Below are positions 39,329 to 46,970 of a stretch of 49,779 bases of DNA, piece by piece (the stretch's first letter is position 1; every line of letters starts with the position of its first letter). The DNA is taken from positions 1 through 49,779 of the IMG/VR virus record IMGVR_UViG_3300047178_000244, one strand, 5' to 3'. Source of the stretch: a virus. The notes under the pieces are model-generated. The model was not told the DNA's origin. It did not search any database and was given only the letters and a program-made list of their open reading frames with translations. The position numbers were made by a program, and so were the translations under genes.

Positions 39329-39678
39329 GCGGCACCGTTCGCAGGTCCTGGGGCGCGGCCGAGGACGACATGCTGCGTGACCTTTTCCTTGTCTACGGGC
39401 GGAGCATCGAGGACATCGCCCCGCTGGTCGGCCGCACCCTTCCCGCCGTGCGTACGCGCCTTTCCCGGCTGGGCATGTGCACCGGCATGGGCGGCCCTAT
39501 GCGCGATGCTGACCGGCTCGCCGCGGCGGCCGCACAGCGCCAGCGGGATGCGACGAAGCATTACGTCCGGTGCCTCGGCGTGGGATCGCTCGAGTCGGAG
39601 CACCGGTTCGTGTCGCCGGACCCGACGCGCATCCGTGTGTGCCCGACGTGCCGCCGCCGGTGCGAGGGCCTCGACTGA
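39325..39678 (+). CDS. GcrA/SANT-like HTH protein with a C-terminal Cys cluster
   Basis: SWGAAEDDMLRDLFLVYGRSIEDIAPLVGRTLPAVRTRLSRLGM parallels the GcrA N-terminal DNA-binding domain pattern (W..E....L..L...G.S...IA..LG.....V..R..RLG). The C-terminal cluster is RVCPTCRRRCEG. ATGA overlap with the upstream gene. Confidence 0.6.
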   Translation: MSGTVRRSWGAAEDDMLRDLFLVYGRSIEDIAPLVGRTLPAVRTRLSRLGMCTGMGGPMRDADRLAAAAAQRQRDATKHYVRCLGVGSLESEHRFVSPDPTRIRVCPTCRRRCEGLD

Positions 39679-39766
39679 AAGCCGTGGCGCGTAGCCAAGA
39701 GGCGATCTACCTTCTGGATGTGGGCCGCCGCGCAGGTGGCTGCATCTCCAGGGGTGGAGAGGCAAA

Positions 39767-39798
39767 CAAGGGCGGTGCCGGAAACGGTGCCGCCCTTG
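39767..39798. terminator. 14-bp stem / GAAA-tetraloop hairpin between convergent operons
   Basis: CAAGGGCGGTGCCG-GAAA-CGGTGCCGCCCTTG (two G-U pairs). Only weak U tracts flank it on either strand. Confidence 0.55.
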
Positions 39799-39921
39799 CT
39801 GATTCCGATCCGGGTTATACACAGGCCCGGAAACGTACATAACAACTGGTCCGCGCTCTCTTCTCGGCGGTTCCGAAATCTCCAATCGAAAGCGAGAACT
39901 TCGACGAAACGCCGATGACAA

Positions 39922-40413
39922 CTAGGCCGCGCGCTTTCGCCTCGGCGGTTCCGAACGCACGTCTCGCATGCCGACCTCGAGCAGCGCCAGCGCATCGGCT
40001 TCGTCGCCCTGGTGGTCCTGGAGCGCGAATCCTTGCGCCCGGGCCCACGCCAGCACTTCGGGCTTTTTCGCGCTCCCGTTCCCCAGCAGACGCTTCCGCA
40101 CGGCTGACGGCTCCAGGTCCAGGAAAGCCGCTTCCCGCTCGTGGGCGAGGCCTTCGGCGACCGCGGCAAGCCCATACAGATACCGGGTAGTCGCAACCCC
40201 GCGGGCGAACGGGCACTCGAGGAGAACGAGGTCCGGCTCGCACAGTCGCATCAGGGCTTCGAGCTCCACGCGGGCAGCAGCCAGCCTTGCGCCGCGCGTG
40301 GGGAGCTTTCCGAGGCCTGCGGCGAAGTCGAGTGCACCGAACCCGATCGCGACGCCGTCCTCGCCGAGTGCCCATCCCGTCCGGGTCGCCGCATCGAGCG
40401 CGAGAATCCTCAC
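39922..40413 (-). CDS. RuvC-like Holliday junction resolvase
   Basis: ILALDAATRTGWA (Asp), LVLLECPF (Glu) and HQGDEADALALL (His/Asp). GTG 40413 overlaps (GTGA) the upstream stop. Confidence 0.8.
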   Translation of the reverse strand: MRILALDAATRTGWALGEDGVAIGFGALDFAAGLGKLPTRGARLAAARVELEALMRLCEPDLVLLECPFARGVATTRYLYGLAAVAEGLAHEREAAFLDLEPSAVRKRLLGNGSAKKPEVLAWARAQGFALQDHQGDEADALALLEVGMRDVRSEPPRRKRAA

Positions 40414-40730
40414 GTGCGGCTTTCCTTGACGAGCGGTGCCGACATCAGCCTTTCGAGCGACACGCGCCCCGGCGGCATTACCACGGGATCCGGAGGAGAA
40501 CGCCGTTCCTTGGCCGCGGCCTTCATCTGCTGCTTCGAAGACCATGCGTCCGCGGCCGCTAGGATAGCGATCCGTTTTGCCGTTTCAGGTTCCGTGGCTT
40601 CCAAGTGCGCCTGAAGTCTGCGCGCGACGTCGTCAGGGCGGCCGTTCACGACTTCGCCTCCGGGCAGCGTGACGGACAGGATTTCCCTGCGCTCGGACGA
40701 TTGCGCCCGTCGCCGGGCTGCGCGGTTCAT
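40410..40730 (-). CDS. Hypothetical 106-aa protein
   Basis: GGAGG RBS upstream of ATG 40730. Internal start of listed ORF 40410..41306. Confidence 0.55.
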   Translation of the reverse strand: MNRAARRRAQSSERREILSVTLPGGEVVNGRPDDVARRLQAHLEATEPETAKRIAILAAADAWSSKQQMKAAAKERRSPPDPVVMPPGRVSLERLMSAPLVKESRT

Positions 40731-40846
40731 GCGAGCCTCCAGGCCGCGACAGCGACAAACGGAAACAGCACCACGGCGGCCGCGGCAAACGGATGCAGAA
40801 CGAATTCCTGGAGCACGAGCATCCAGCGGTATTCCGCGGGGCTCAC
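40727..40846 (-). CDS. Possible 39-aa hydrophobic micro-protein
   Basis: VSPAEYRWMLVLQEFVLHPFAAAAVVLFPFVAVAAWRLA. GTGA and ATGA overlaps with both neighbours are the only support. Confidence 0.3.
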   Translation of the reverse strand: MSPAEYRWMLVLQEFVLHPFAAAAVVLFPFVAVAAWRLA

Positions 40847-41034
40847 CGGCGCGACATCCGGACGGCGGCGAGGTGGCGCTCGTAGTCGCGGGCGGCCCAT
40901 GAATCCTCGCAGGACCATTCGCGCTCCTCGGGCTCCGGAGGCCGCGGGCGGGCGAAGGCGAGGCGGGCGAGCAGGACCGGCACGGTGACCGGCAGCGCGA
41001 TGGTGGCGAAGGTGTTGCGGAAAAGTTGGCGCAT
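40843..41034 (-). CDS. Possible 63-aa membrane protein, first gene of the RuvC operon
   Basis: MRQLFRNTFATIALPVTVPVLLARLAFA (TM) followed by an acidic tail. Confidence 0.4.
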   Translation of the reverse strand: MRQLFRNTFATIALPVTVPVLLARLAFARPRPPEPEEREWSCEDSWAARDYERHLAAVRMSRR

Positions 41035-41047
41035 GGCGGGGGCTCCG

Positions 41048-41059
41048 GGCACGTGTGCA
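41048..41059. promoter_or_regulatory. Operator-like 12-mer GGCACGTGTGCA (complement TGCACACGTGCC)
   Basis: It lies in the divergent 41034/41151 control region. Confidence 0.35.
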
Positions 41060-41112
41060 TCACTGTATCCAGTATTTTGGCACGATGACACGCAAAGACG
41101 CCTTGACAGCGA

Positions 41113-41124
41113 TGCACTTGTGCA
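41113..41124. promoter_or_regulatory. Operator-like palindrome TGCACTTGTGCA within TTGACA-17-CACTTT
   Basis: The -35-like TTGACA lies at 41103..41108. The 12-mer fills the spacer, the same layout as at 678..706. Confidence 0.4.
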
Positions 41125-41150
41125 CCACTTTCCGGTCGAGGAGAACCGCT

Positions 41151-41444
41151 GTGAGCTACGTGAGCTACGCCGTCACCGCTGCCGCACTGACTGAAGCTTC
41201 GGCCGCGAGGACGGCGGCCAGCATTGCCGACATCCACCGTGCCCGCGCCGAGGCCCGCGCCCGCGCCGCCCGCCGTGGCAACGCGGCGGCCTCGGCGCGT
41301 GCGCACGTGCTCGGCGACACCGTGACGGATCTCCGGCAGCGGCTGGCCGACGCCCAGGCGGTGATCGATGAACTCATCGAGGAGAACCGCGAACTGCGCG
41401 CCGACGCCGGACGCATGGCCGCCTGGATCGAGGAAAACGCCTGA
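41151..41444 (+). CDS. Hypothetical Ala/Arg-rich coiled-coil protein (97 aa; GTG 41151 or 41160)
   Basis: GAGGAG RBS. The C-terminus LADAQAVIDELIEENRELRADAGRMAAWIEEN is heptad-like. Confidence 0.45.
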   Translation: MSYVSYAVTAAALTEASAARTAASIADIHRARAEARARAARRGNAAASARAHVLGDTVTDLRQRLADAQAVIDELIEENRELRADAGRMAAWIEENA

Positions 41445-41467
41445 CGGCCACAGCCACCGCCGGAAAT

Positions 41468-41506
41468 CAAAAAGGGCTGCATCCCGGCGGGGAGCGGCCC
41501 TTTTCC
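41468..41506. terminator. Bidirectional rho-independent terminator
   Basis: AAAAA-GGGCTGC-13 nt-GCGGCCC-TTTTCC between convergent genes. Confidence 0.65.
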
Positions 41507-41533
41507 TTGTCCGCGTAAGCGTCAGCGTCAGCG

Positions 41534-42124
41534 TCAGGCGGCCTGCGTGTACTTCCGGACCGTGTCGCAGACGTCGCCGTTTTTTTCGGTGCCTTGCCTG
41601 CGGGCCCTGATTTTGTCCGCAAGGGTGCGGAACCTGTGTTCGCCTGGCGAAACAGCTTTGTTGTCCAGCGCCTGCAGGACTTCATCTACCGACCGGCAGC
41701 CATCCGGCGGCGTCAACGAGCTCGCGAAAGCCCTGCGCGACCGAATTCCATTCATCGATGCGGCCGCCACGATTTCGAGTTCGCCGCGTGAGAGTCCGAG
41801 CAGGTAGTGCACGTGGGCCGGTGACAGCGCCGCCGCATCCCGGGGGTCGGGCTTACCTCCGTCCCGGAGCGACCTAGCGATCCGGAGCACGCATTGAGCC
41901 TGGGCGTCGATCTGCGCCCTGCTATCGGCCTGCCGCTGCTCGGCCTGAGCCCGTTGAGCAGCTTGCATCGCGACGTCACGCTCGTCGGGCTCGTGCGAAC
42001 CGCCGCCTCCGCCGAGCATGCCGCCCAGGAGCTGGATTGGGGCCTCGAGCACCCATACGGCACCCTTAGCCGTCGCCCTGAGCACGTATTTTGCCGCCGA
42101 GAACACGCTCGCAAGAATCTGCAT
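41534..42124 (-). CDS. Hypothetical 196-aa protein
   Basis: MQILASVFSAAKYVLRATAKGAVWVLEAPIQLLGGMLGGGGG... Internal ATG of listed ORF 41534..42277. Confidence 0.5.
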   Translation of the reverse strand: MQILASVFSAAKYVLRATAKGAVWVLEAPIQLLGGMLGGGGGSHEPDERDVAMQAAQRAQAEQRQADSRAQIDAQAQCVLRIARSLRDGGKPDPRDAAALSPAHVHYLLGLSRGELEIVAAASMNGIRSRRAFASSLTPPDGCRSVDEVLQALDNKAVSPGEHRFRTLADKIRARRQGTEKNGDVCDTVRKYTQAA

Positions 42125-42181
42125 CAATCTCCGCACCGTGGCCTCCCGGGGTAGACCGCCCTGCTGACGGCTCCCGCATGA

Positions 42182-42221
42182 TGCACAAGTGCCTCGCAAG
42201 AGAGGTATCGGCGCTTGTGCA
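42182..42221. promoter_or_regulatory. Inverted pair TGCACAAGTGCC ... GGCGCTTGTGCA in the 42124/42340 divergent control region
   Basis: The 8-bp arms TGCACAAG and CTTGTGCA are separated by 24 bp. Confidence 0.4.
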
Positions 42222-42339
42222 GCGGGCCAGGACTGTGTATGAAGTGCCTCCTCACGACGGAGACGACAGATGAGCACTCAGCGGACGGCGATACCGGCGG
42301 ATTGATTCCCGCCCGAAATCCCGCTCCCGAGGTGTCTCC

Positions 42340-44376
42340 GTGCCCGTACGTTCCACCGGTTTGCGCCGAAAGACTGCCGACAACGGCTTCCCCGATGTCG
42401 ATGATCCAGCCCTCGAGCCCCGCGCTGAGCCCGAGGACCCTGCTCTGCTGGCGGCCGCGCGCATGTTGTCGGACGCGTGCGACCGGCCATCGCCAGCCGG
42501 GGATGCCGCAGCGAAGCCCGGCGCGGTTGTCGTCATCATTTCGCCGTCGAAAGCCTGGGCTCCGTTTCTGCTTCGGGCGCTGCCGCGCGTGCTGCGGGGA
42601 ACGCCGCTTGAGCGGATGGCGGTGCCGTCCCGGCCCGGGAGCTTGCCGGACCGCTGGGGCCGATCCGCAGACATGCCGACGTGGCGACTGCCGAGCGAGC
42701 CGCATCACGCCCGAGAGGCCGCGGAGGAGCTGGAAGAGTCGGTGTGGTCCGGACACGGGTGCGTCTGCGTGAGCCACGATGTTGAGCTAGTGCCAGAGGT
42801 GCTGCGCGAGGCGGCGGATGCCGTCATCGAGGTCGATGAGCCCGGCGCCGGGGCGCTGCTGGCCGTATCCGGCGTGTGCGCGGACGGACCGGCGGAGTGG
42901 CCGCACGGCGAGCCCCAGACGCCGCTCACGCCGGGGATGATTCGGAGCGCGTTCCGCGCCGGTTCGACGGTCGCCGATTGTCACGCGCGGATGCGGAAAG
43001 CTCTGCCAGGGAAGGCTCCGAGTGCGAAACCGGTGGTTGCGGAAAATCGCGCCTGGACATTAGATCACTTGCGCGGGCAGCCGGAAGTCGCCGCATGGGG
43101 CCGTGCCCTGGCGGAGGACCTGCGGGCCTGGAAGGCCGGTGAGCTGGCGTGGGCCGATGTCGCTCCGGGCTGCATGCTGGTCGGGCCGCCGGGAACCGGA
43201 AAGACCAGCGCGGCACAGGCGATTTCCGGCACGTGCGGGGTTGAGCTGATTGCGACTTCGTTTTCTCGGTGGACTGCAAGCGGACGCGGATACCAGAGCG
43301 ATTGCTTGAAGGCGATGCGGGATTCCTTCGCGGAGGCCGGGAAGAAGTCGCCCTGTATTCTGTTCATCGACGAACTGGACAGTATTCCGGCCCGCGGCAC
43401 TTCGAAGGAATATGATGATTACTGGCGGCCCATCGTAAACAGCATGCTCGAATGTCTAGACGGCGTCGATGGCCGCGAGGGCGTTGTCGTAATCGGTGCG
43501 GCGAACGATGTCCGCGGCATCGATAGTGCGGTGCTCCGTAGCGGGAGGCTTGACCGGATCATCCGGGTCGATCTCCCGGACGCCGCCGCGCTCGCTGAGA
43601 TTCTGGCCGACCACCTCGGCGACGGATGGCACCCGGCAGACCTGGGCAGGCCTGCGCGGCTGCTCCTCGGTCGGTCGGGCGCCGACGCCGCGCGGGCGGT
43701 GCGGGATGCAAAGCAGACGGCGAGGCAGGCCAGGCGGCCGGTGACGGTGGATGACATCGTTCGGGCGTGCCGGGGTAAACCGCGCTCGGAAGACGAGGTA
43801 TGCGCAGCCGCGTTGCACGAAGCCGGGCATGTCGTCGTCCATGAAGCGATGAGGCCGGGATGTGTCGTTGACGTGAACATCGTGGCGGTGAACGGGGCGC
43901 TCGGGGTTACGCGGACGCTGCAGCCCGGGGAAATGGCCGAGGATATGGAAAGATTCTTGGTCGGCACGCTCGCAGGGCGGGCGGCGGAAGGCATCGTGCT
44001 CGGCGGCGGAACGGCCGGTTGCGGAGGCGACCCGGGTTCCGATCTCGGGGTGGCGACGACACTGCTTGTCCGCGCACGGCTGTCGACGGGGCTCTACGAC
44101 CGCCTTGCGTGGCACGGCGACGTGAGGAGCCGGGAGGCCGCCGAGATGATGCGGGAGAACTCCGATTTGGCCCGCTGGGTCGAGGAACGGTTACTGAAAC
44201 TGTCGGCCAGGGCAGAGGAGATTCTCGAGGAGCGCAGGCCGCAACTGATGGCGCTGGCCGGTGCTTTGGTGGAACGAATGGTGCTGACCGGCGATGATGC
44301 GCGGGTCGTCATCGGGGGCGCCGGATGCCGGGAGGCGAAGGCTCTGGAAGCCCGGAATGAAGGAGGCCCGCGATGA
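42340..44376 (+). CDS. Soluble FtsH-like AAA+ ATPase / M41 zinc metalloprotease with a ~270-aa unknown N-terminal region
   Basis: Walker A is GPPGTGKT and Walker B is ILFIDELD. Also present: GAANDVRGIDSAVLRSGRLDR, the zinc site AALHEAGHVVVHE, and GGDPGSDLGVATTLLVRARLSTGL. No hydrophobic N-terminal helices are seen. GTG 42340 has GAGGTG 5 nt upstream. Confidence 0.85.
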   Translation: MPVRSTGLRRKTADNGFPDVDDPALEPRAEPEDPALLAAARMLSDACDRPSPAGDAAAKPGAVVVIISPSKAWAPFLLRALPRVLRGTPLERMAVPSRPGSLPDRWGRSADMPTWRLPSEPHHAREAAEELEESVWSGHGCVCVSHDVELVPEVLREAADAVIEVDEPGAGALLAVSGVCADGPAEWPHGEPQTPLTPGMIRSAFRAGSTVADCHARMRKALPGKAPSAKPVVAENRAWTLDHLRGQPEVAAWGRALAEDLRAWKAGELAWADVAPGCMLVGPPGTGKTSAAQAISGTCGVELIATSFSRWTASGRGYQSDCLKAMRDSFAEAGKKSPCILFIDELDSIPARGTSKEYDDYWRPIVNSMLECLDGVDGREGVVVIGAANDVRGIDSAVLRSGRLDRIIRVDLPDAAALAEILADHLGDGWHPADLGRPARLLLGRSGADAARAVRDAKQTARQARRPVTVDDIVRACRGKPRSEDEVCAAALHEAGHVVVHEAMRPGCVVDVNIVAVNGALGVTRTLQPGEMAEDMERFLVGTLAGRAAEGIVLGGGTAGCGGDPGSDLGVATTLLVRARLSTGLYDRLAWHGDVRSREAAEMMRENSDLARWVEERLLKLSARAEEILEERRPQLMALAGALVERMVLTGDDARVVIGGAGCREAKALEARNEGGPR

Positions 44377-44894
44377 TGAGCTGGTTCACCGCCGACACGC
44401 ATTTCGGACACTCCGGGATTGTCCAGTCCTGCAAACGTCCTTATGGAAGCGTCGAAGAGATGGACGCTGCGCTCGTGCAGAATTGGAATTCCCGCGTGCG
44501 GGACGGCGACGAAGTGTGGTTCTTGGGCGACTTCTGTTGGGCGCGCCCAGAGAAAGCGGAGCACCTGCTGTCGCGGCTGAACGGCACGAAGCACCTCGTC
44601 GTTGGTAATCACGATTCCCGCGCGGTGCAGGCGCTGCCGGGCTGGGCTTCGGTCCAGACATATGCCGAGATCTGCGTGCGGGATGCGAGGCTTGTCCTGT
44701 CGCACTACGCATTCCGCACGTGGAACGGATGCCACCGCGGCGCGCTGCACCTCTACGGTCACTCGCACGGCAACCTCCCCGGGAGCCGTCAGTCTTGCGA
44801 TGTGGGCGTCGACGCCTGGCCGCGCTACGTGCCGGTGAACCTCGCGGAGGTCATGGCGCACTTGCAGACGCTGCCGGAGCGAGCGTTCGACTAA
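44373..44894 (+). CDS. Small calcineurin-like metallophosphoesterase, translationally coupled to the FtsH-like gene
   Basis: Motifs are FTADTHFGHS, WFLGDFCW, VVGNHDS and LYGHSHG. GGAGG RBS. ATGA overlap. Confidence 0.85.
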   Translation: MMSWFTADTHFGHSGIVQSCKRPYGSVEEMDAALVQNWNSRVRDGDEVWFLGDFCWARPEKAEHLLSRLNGTKHLVVGNHDSRAVQALPGWASVQTYAEICVRDARLVLSHYAFRTWNGCHRGALHLYGHSHGNLPGSRQSCDVGVDAWPRYVPVNLAEVMAHLQTLPERAFD

Positions 44895-44934
44895 CCGCAT
44901 AGGCCTGTATCTTCCGTAACCATGCCGCGAAACC

Positions 44935-44951
44935 GGTGCACACATGCATCG
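44935..44951. promoter_or_regulatory. 17-nt element GGTGCACACATGCATCG upstream of the 45008 gene
   Basis: Identical to 30965..30981. Both are preceded by CATGCC and lie 52-57 nt before a GGAGGA RBS. Confidence 0.45.
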
Positions 44952-45007
44952 TCGAGGGTTACCTTCGGGGTGAGGGCGAGAGCCCATCCAGCCCGGAGGA
45001 CCTCACC

Positions 45008-45376
45008 ATGCAGACCAATGTCATCCTGTTCACCCCGCCGATCACCCTGCCGCCGGTGGGCTACGTTCACCAAGCCGATGCCGCGCTGCGCGCCGCCCAC
45101 GAGCTCTCCGTCTCGATGGTTGCGGAAAATCCCGCCGTGTGGCTGACGTCCGCCCTGACGGCATGGACCCGATGCACGGCGCTGGGCTCGGGCACGTCAC
45201 GCCGCGAGCTTGAGAGCATCCGCGGGCGCCTGCTGCGTGCCTCTGTCGCGCTGCGCCGGGCCGCCAGGGAGGACCACCGGCCCGAGGGCGAGAGGGTGAT
45301 GGCGACTGCTGCCGCACGCCGGGTCGAAGCCGCAGCCGCGCTGGTTCGCACCCTGGCCGAGCGGAGGGCCGCGTGA
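45008..45376 (+). CDS. Hypothetical 122-aa protein
   Basis: GGAGGA RBS upstream of ATG 45008. It is preceded by the 17-nt element GGTGCACACATGCATCG. Confidence 0.5.
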   Translation: MQTNVILFTPPITLPPVGYVHQADAALRAAHELSVSMVAENPAVWLTSALTAWTRCTALGSGTSRRELESIRGRLLRASVALRRAAREDHRPEGERVMATAAARRVEAAAALVRTLAERRAA

Positions 45377-46131
45377 TGCTCAAGGCAAGGATTTACCGGA
45401 TCGCCCGCGGGCAGGTGCGTGAGCTACCGCTCGAGGAGGGCCGCCCGGTCGAGATAGCGGTGGACATAGACGACGGCTACGGCCCCGGGCTCGTGCGTGC
45501 GGACGTGCGGCCGGGCCGGTGCGAGCTCCCGCTCTGGCCCGTGGAGATTCTGCCGCTGGCGATGGCGGCCGTGGAAAGGATGGCGCCGTGGGCAACGGTC
45601 TACGCCGCCCCGACGTGGCTCTCTCCGTCAGGGGACGAGTACACGTTCTGGGGCCAGGCTCGCCGGAACTCGGACGCCGTGCTGCTGACGACGTCGGCGT
45701 GGGGCGTGAAGGCCTTGGACACGCTGCATCACGAGTTGTGGCACGTGCTCGAGCAATACCTGCTGCCGAGCGAGTGGGCCGCCGTCGTTGAAGCCTGCTC
45801 CTCGGGCCCGGCATGGGTCGACCAGCGCTACTACGCCACCCCGACAGAGCGCGCAGCGCGGGCATTCGCGGCTTGGTGCGTCGCCCGAGTGGAAGCTCCC
45901 ACACCGCCGGTGACCGGGTGGAGGGCCGGGGTCCGCCGGTGGGCGATGTCGCCGCACGAGCGCGTTTTCCAGGGCGCATTCGACGGCACGATCGCCCGCC
46001 GGGCACTGGCACGCCGGGAGGTGGCGACAGCCCGGCTGTCCGAGGCATCGAGGGCGCGCTCGGAGGCTTCCAGGGCGGCAATGTCCGTAGCGGCGTCACG
46101 GAGGCACCCAAAGGCGCTCGTGCCCGCGTAG
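45376..46131 (+). CDS. Putative zinc metallopeptidase (HExxH)
   Basis: LDTLHHELWHVLEQYL contains an HExxH motif (SprT/ImmA-like context). The start overlaps the upstream stop (TGATG). Confidence 0.55.
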   Translation: MLKARIYRIARGQVRELPLEEGRPVEIAVDIDDGYGPGLVRADVRPGRCELPLWPVEILPLAMAAVERMAPWATVYAAPTWLSPSGDEYTFWGQARRNSDAVLLTTSAWGVKALDTLHHELWHVLEQYLLPSEWAAVVEACSSGPAWVDQRYYATPTERAARAFAAWCVARVEAPTPPVTGWRAGVRRWAMSPHERVFQGAFDGTIARRALARREVATARLSEASRARSEASRAAMSVAASRRHPKALVPA

Positions 46132-46152
46132 GGTGCCTCGCAGCGCAAAGAG

Positions 46153-46195
46153 AAGGGCCGCCCCGGCTTCCCGGTGGCGGCCCTTTCCTTTTCCT
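46153..46195. terminator. Bidirectional rho-independent terminator
   Basis: AAGGGCCGCC-13 nt-GGCGGCCCTT followed by TCCTTTTCC, between convergent genes. Confidence 0.7.
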
Positions 46196-46204
46196 CCGGT
46201 TGCT

Positions 46205-46597
46205 TCAGGCCACTCGCTGGACGGCGGCGCACCTAGCCTTTCGCATGCGGGTCAAGGAATCCAGGGCCCTCCCCCAGGCCTCGTAGCCAGCGCGATACGC
46301 CCTTTCGTCCGGGTTCCACGACAGGGGTAAATGATCCGGCCTGATGCGGCGCCCCAGCTCAAGCTGCAGGTCGACGAGCGGCCGGTGCAATCGGTCGAGC
46401 CACAGGTCTGGCCAGCCCGCGTCGTGGCTAGTTGTCGCGGACTCCAGCCCGGGCACGACGGCGCGTTCCAGCTCCTCGATGTCCGATGCCAGCGTGGTCA
46501 TGTGCTGGCGGTAGGCCGTTACGTCGCGAAGGTCGGCGATGGCATGTGCCGCGGCGATGACCCCGGAGAAAGCAGAAGGTCGGTGGATCTCGGTCAT
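46205..46597 (-). CDS. Hypothetical 130-aa protein
   Basis: AGGAGG lies 9 nt upstream of ATG 46597. Internal start of listed ORF 46205..46849. Confidence 0.55.
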   Translation of the reverse strand: MTEIHRPSAFSGVIAAAHAIADLRDVTAYRQHMTTLASDIEELERAVVPGLESATTSHDAGWPDLWLDRLHRPLVDLQLELGRRIRPDHLPLSWNPDERAYRAGYEAWGRALDSLTRMRKARCAAVQRVA

Positions 46598-46713
46598 GGC
46601 GTCATGCCTCCTGCGATGATGCTGATCGCCACCGGTGCGGAGATCCCCACGAGGACGGCTGCGGCACCCCAGACGAGGAAGAGCTTCACCCAGCGGAACG
46701 GGGAGCGCGGCAT
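46594..46713 (-). CDS. Possible 39-aa transmembrane micro-protein
   Basis: Hand translation gives MPRSPFRWVKLFLVWGAAAVLVGISAPVAISIIAGGMTP. It overlaps the upstream gene by TGATG and the downstream gene by ATGA. It is not in the supplied ORF track. Confidence 0.4.
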   Translation of the reverse strand: MPRSPFRWVKLFLVWGAAAVLVGISAPVAISIIAGGMTP

Positions 46714-46970
46714 CACAGGTCCTCCCCCCGGAGCTCGGCCACATGCTCGGCGAGCAGGCGGTGGACCTCGAGGAGACCTTCGTCGGCGGCGTCAATGACC
46801 CGGCTTGAGCCGTAGCCGAGCTCGTCTGAGGCGGCCTGGAGCTCCCCACGCAGGGCAGAGAGCCTGTCGGCGAAACGGGTGAGCAGGTGCGCGGCGTGAC
46901 GGTCCTGGCGGGCCCGGTCGCTGTAGAAGCCGGGCGGGGCGGGAGCGATGCGGTGTACGGCGATGTGCAT
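46713..46970 (-). CDS. Hypothetical 85-aa helical protein
   Basis: GAGGAG RBS upstream of ATG 46970. Internal start of listed ORF 46713..47114. Confidence 0.5.
   Translation of the reverse strand: MHIAVHRIAPAPPGFYSDRARQDRHAAHLLTRFADRLSALRGELQAASDELGYGSSRVIDAADEGLLEVHRLLAEHVAELRGEDL

Noticed and set aside
41519-41536. Micro-tandem repeats: (GCGTCA)x3 at 41519..41536 and GTGAGCTAC x2 at 41151..41168.
   Set aside because: They are too short to be functional arrays. They are most simply slippage duplications at a gene end or start, and they have no CRISPR-like spacer structure.
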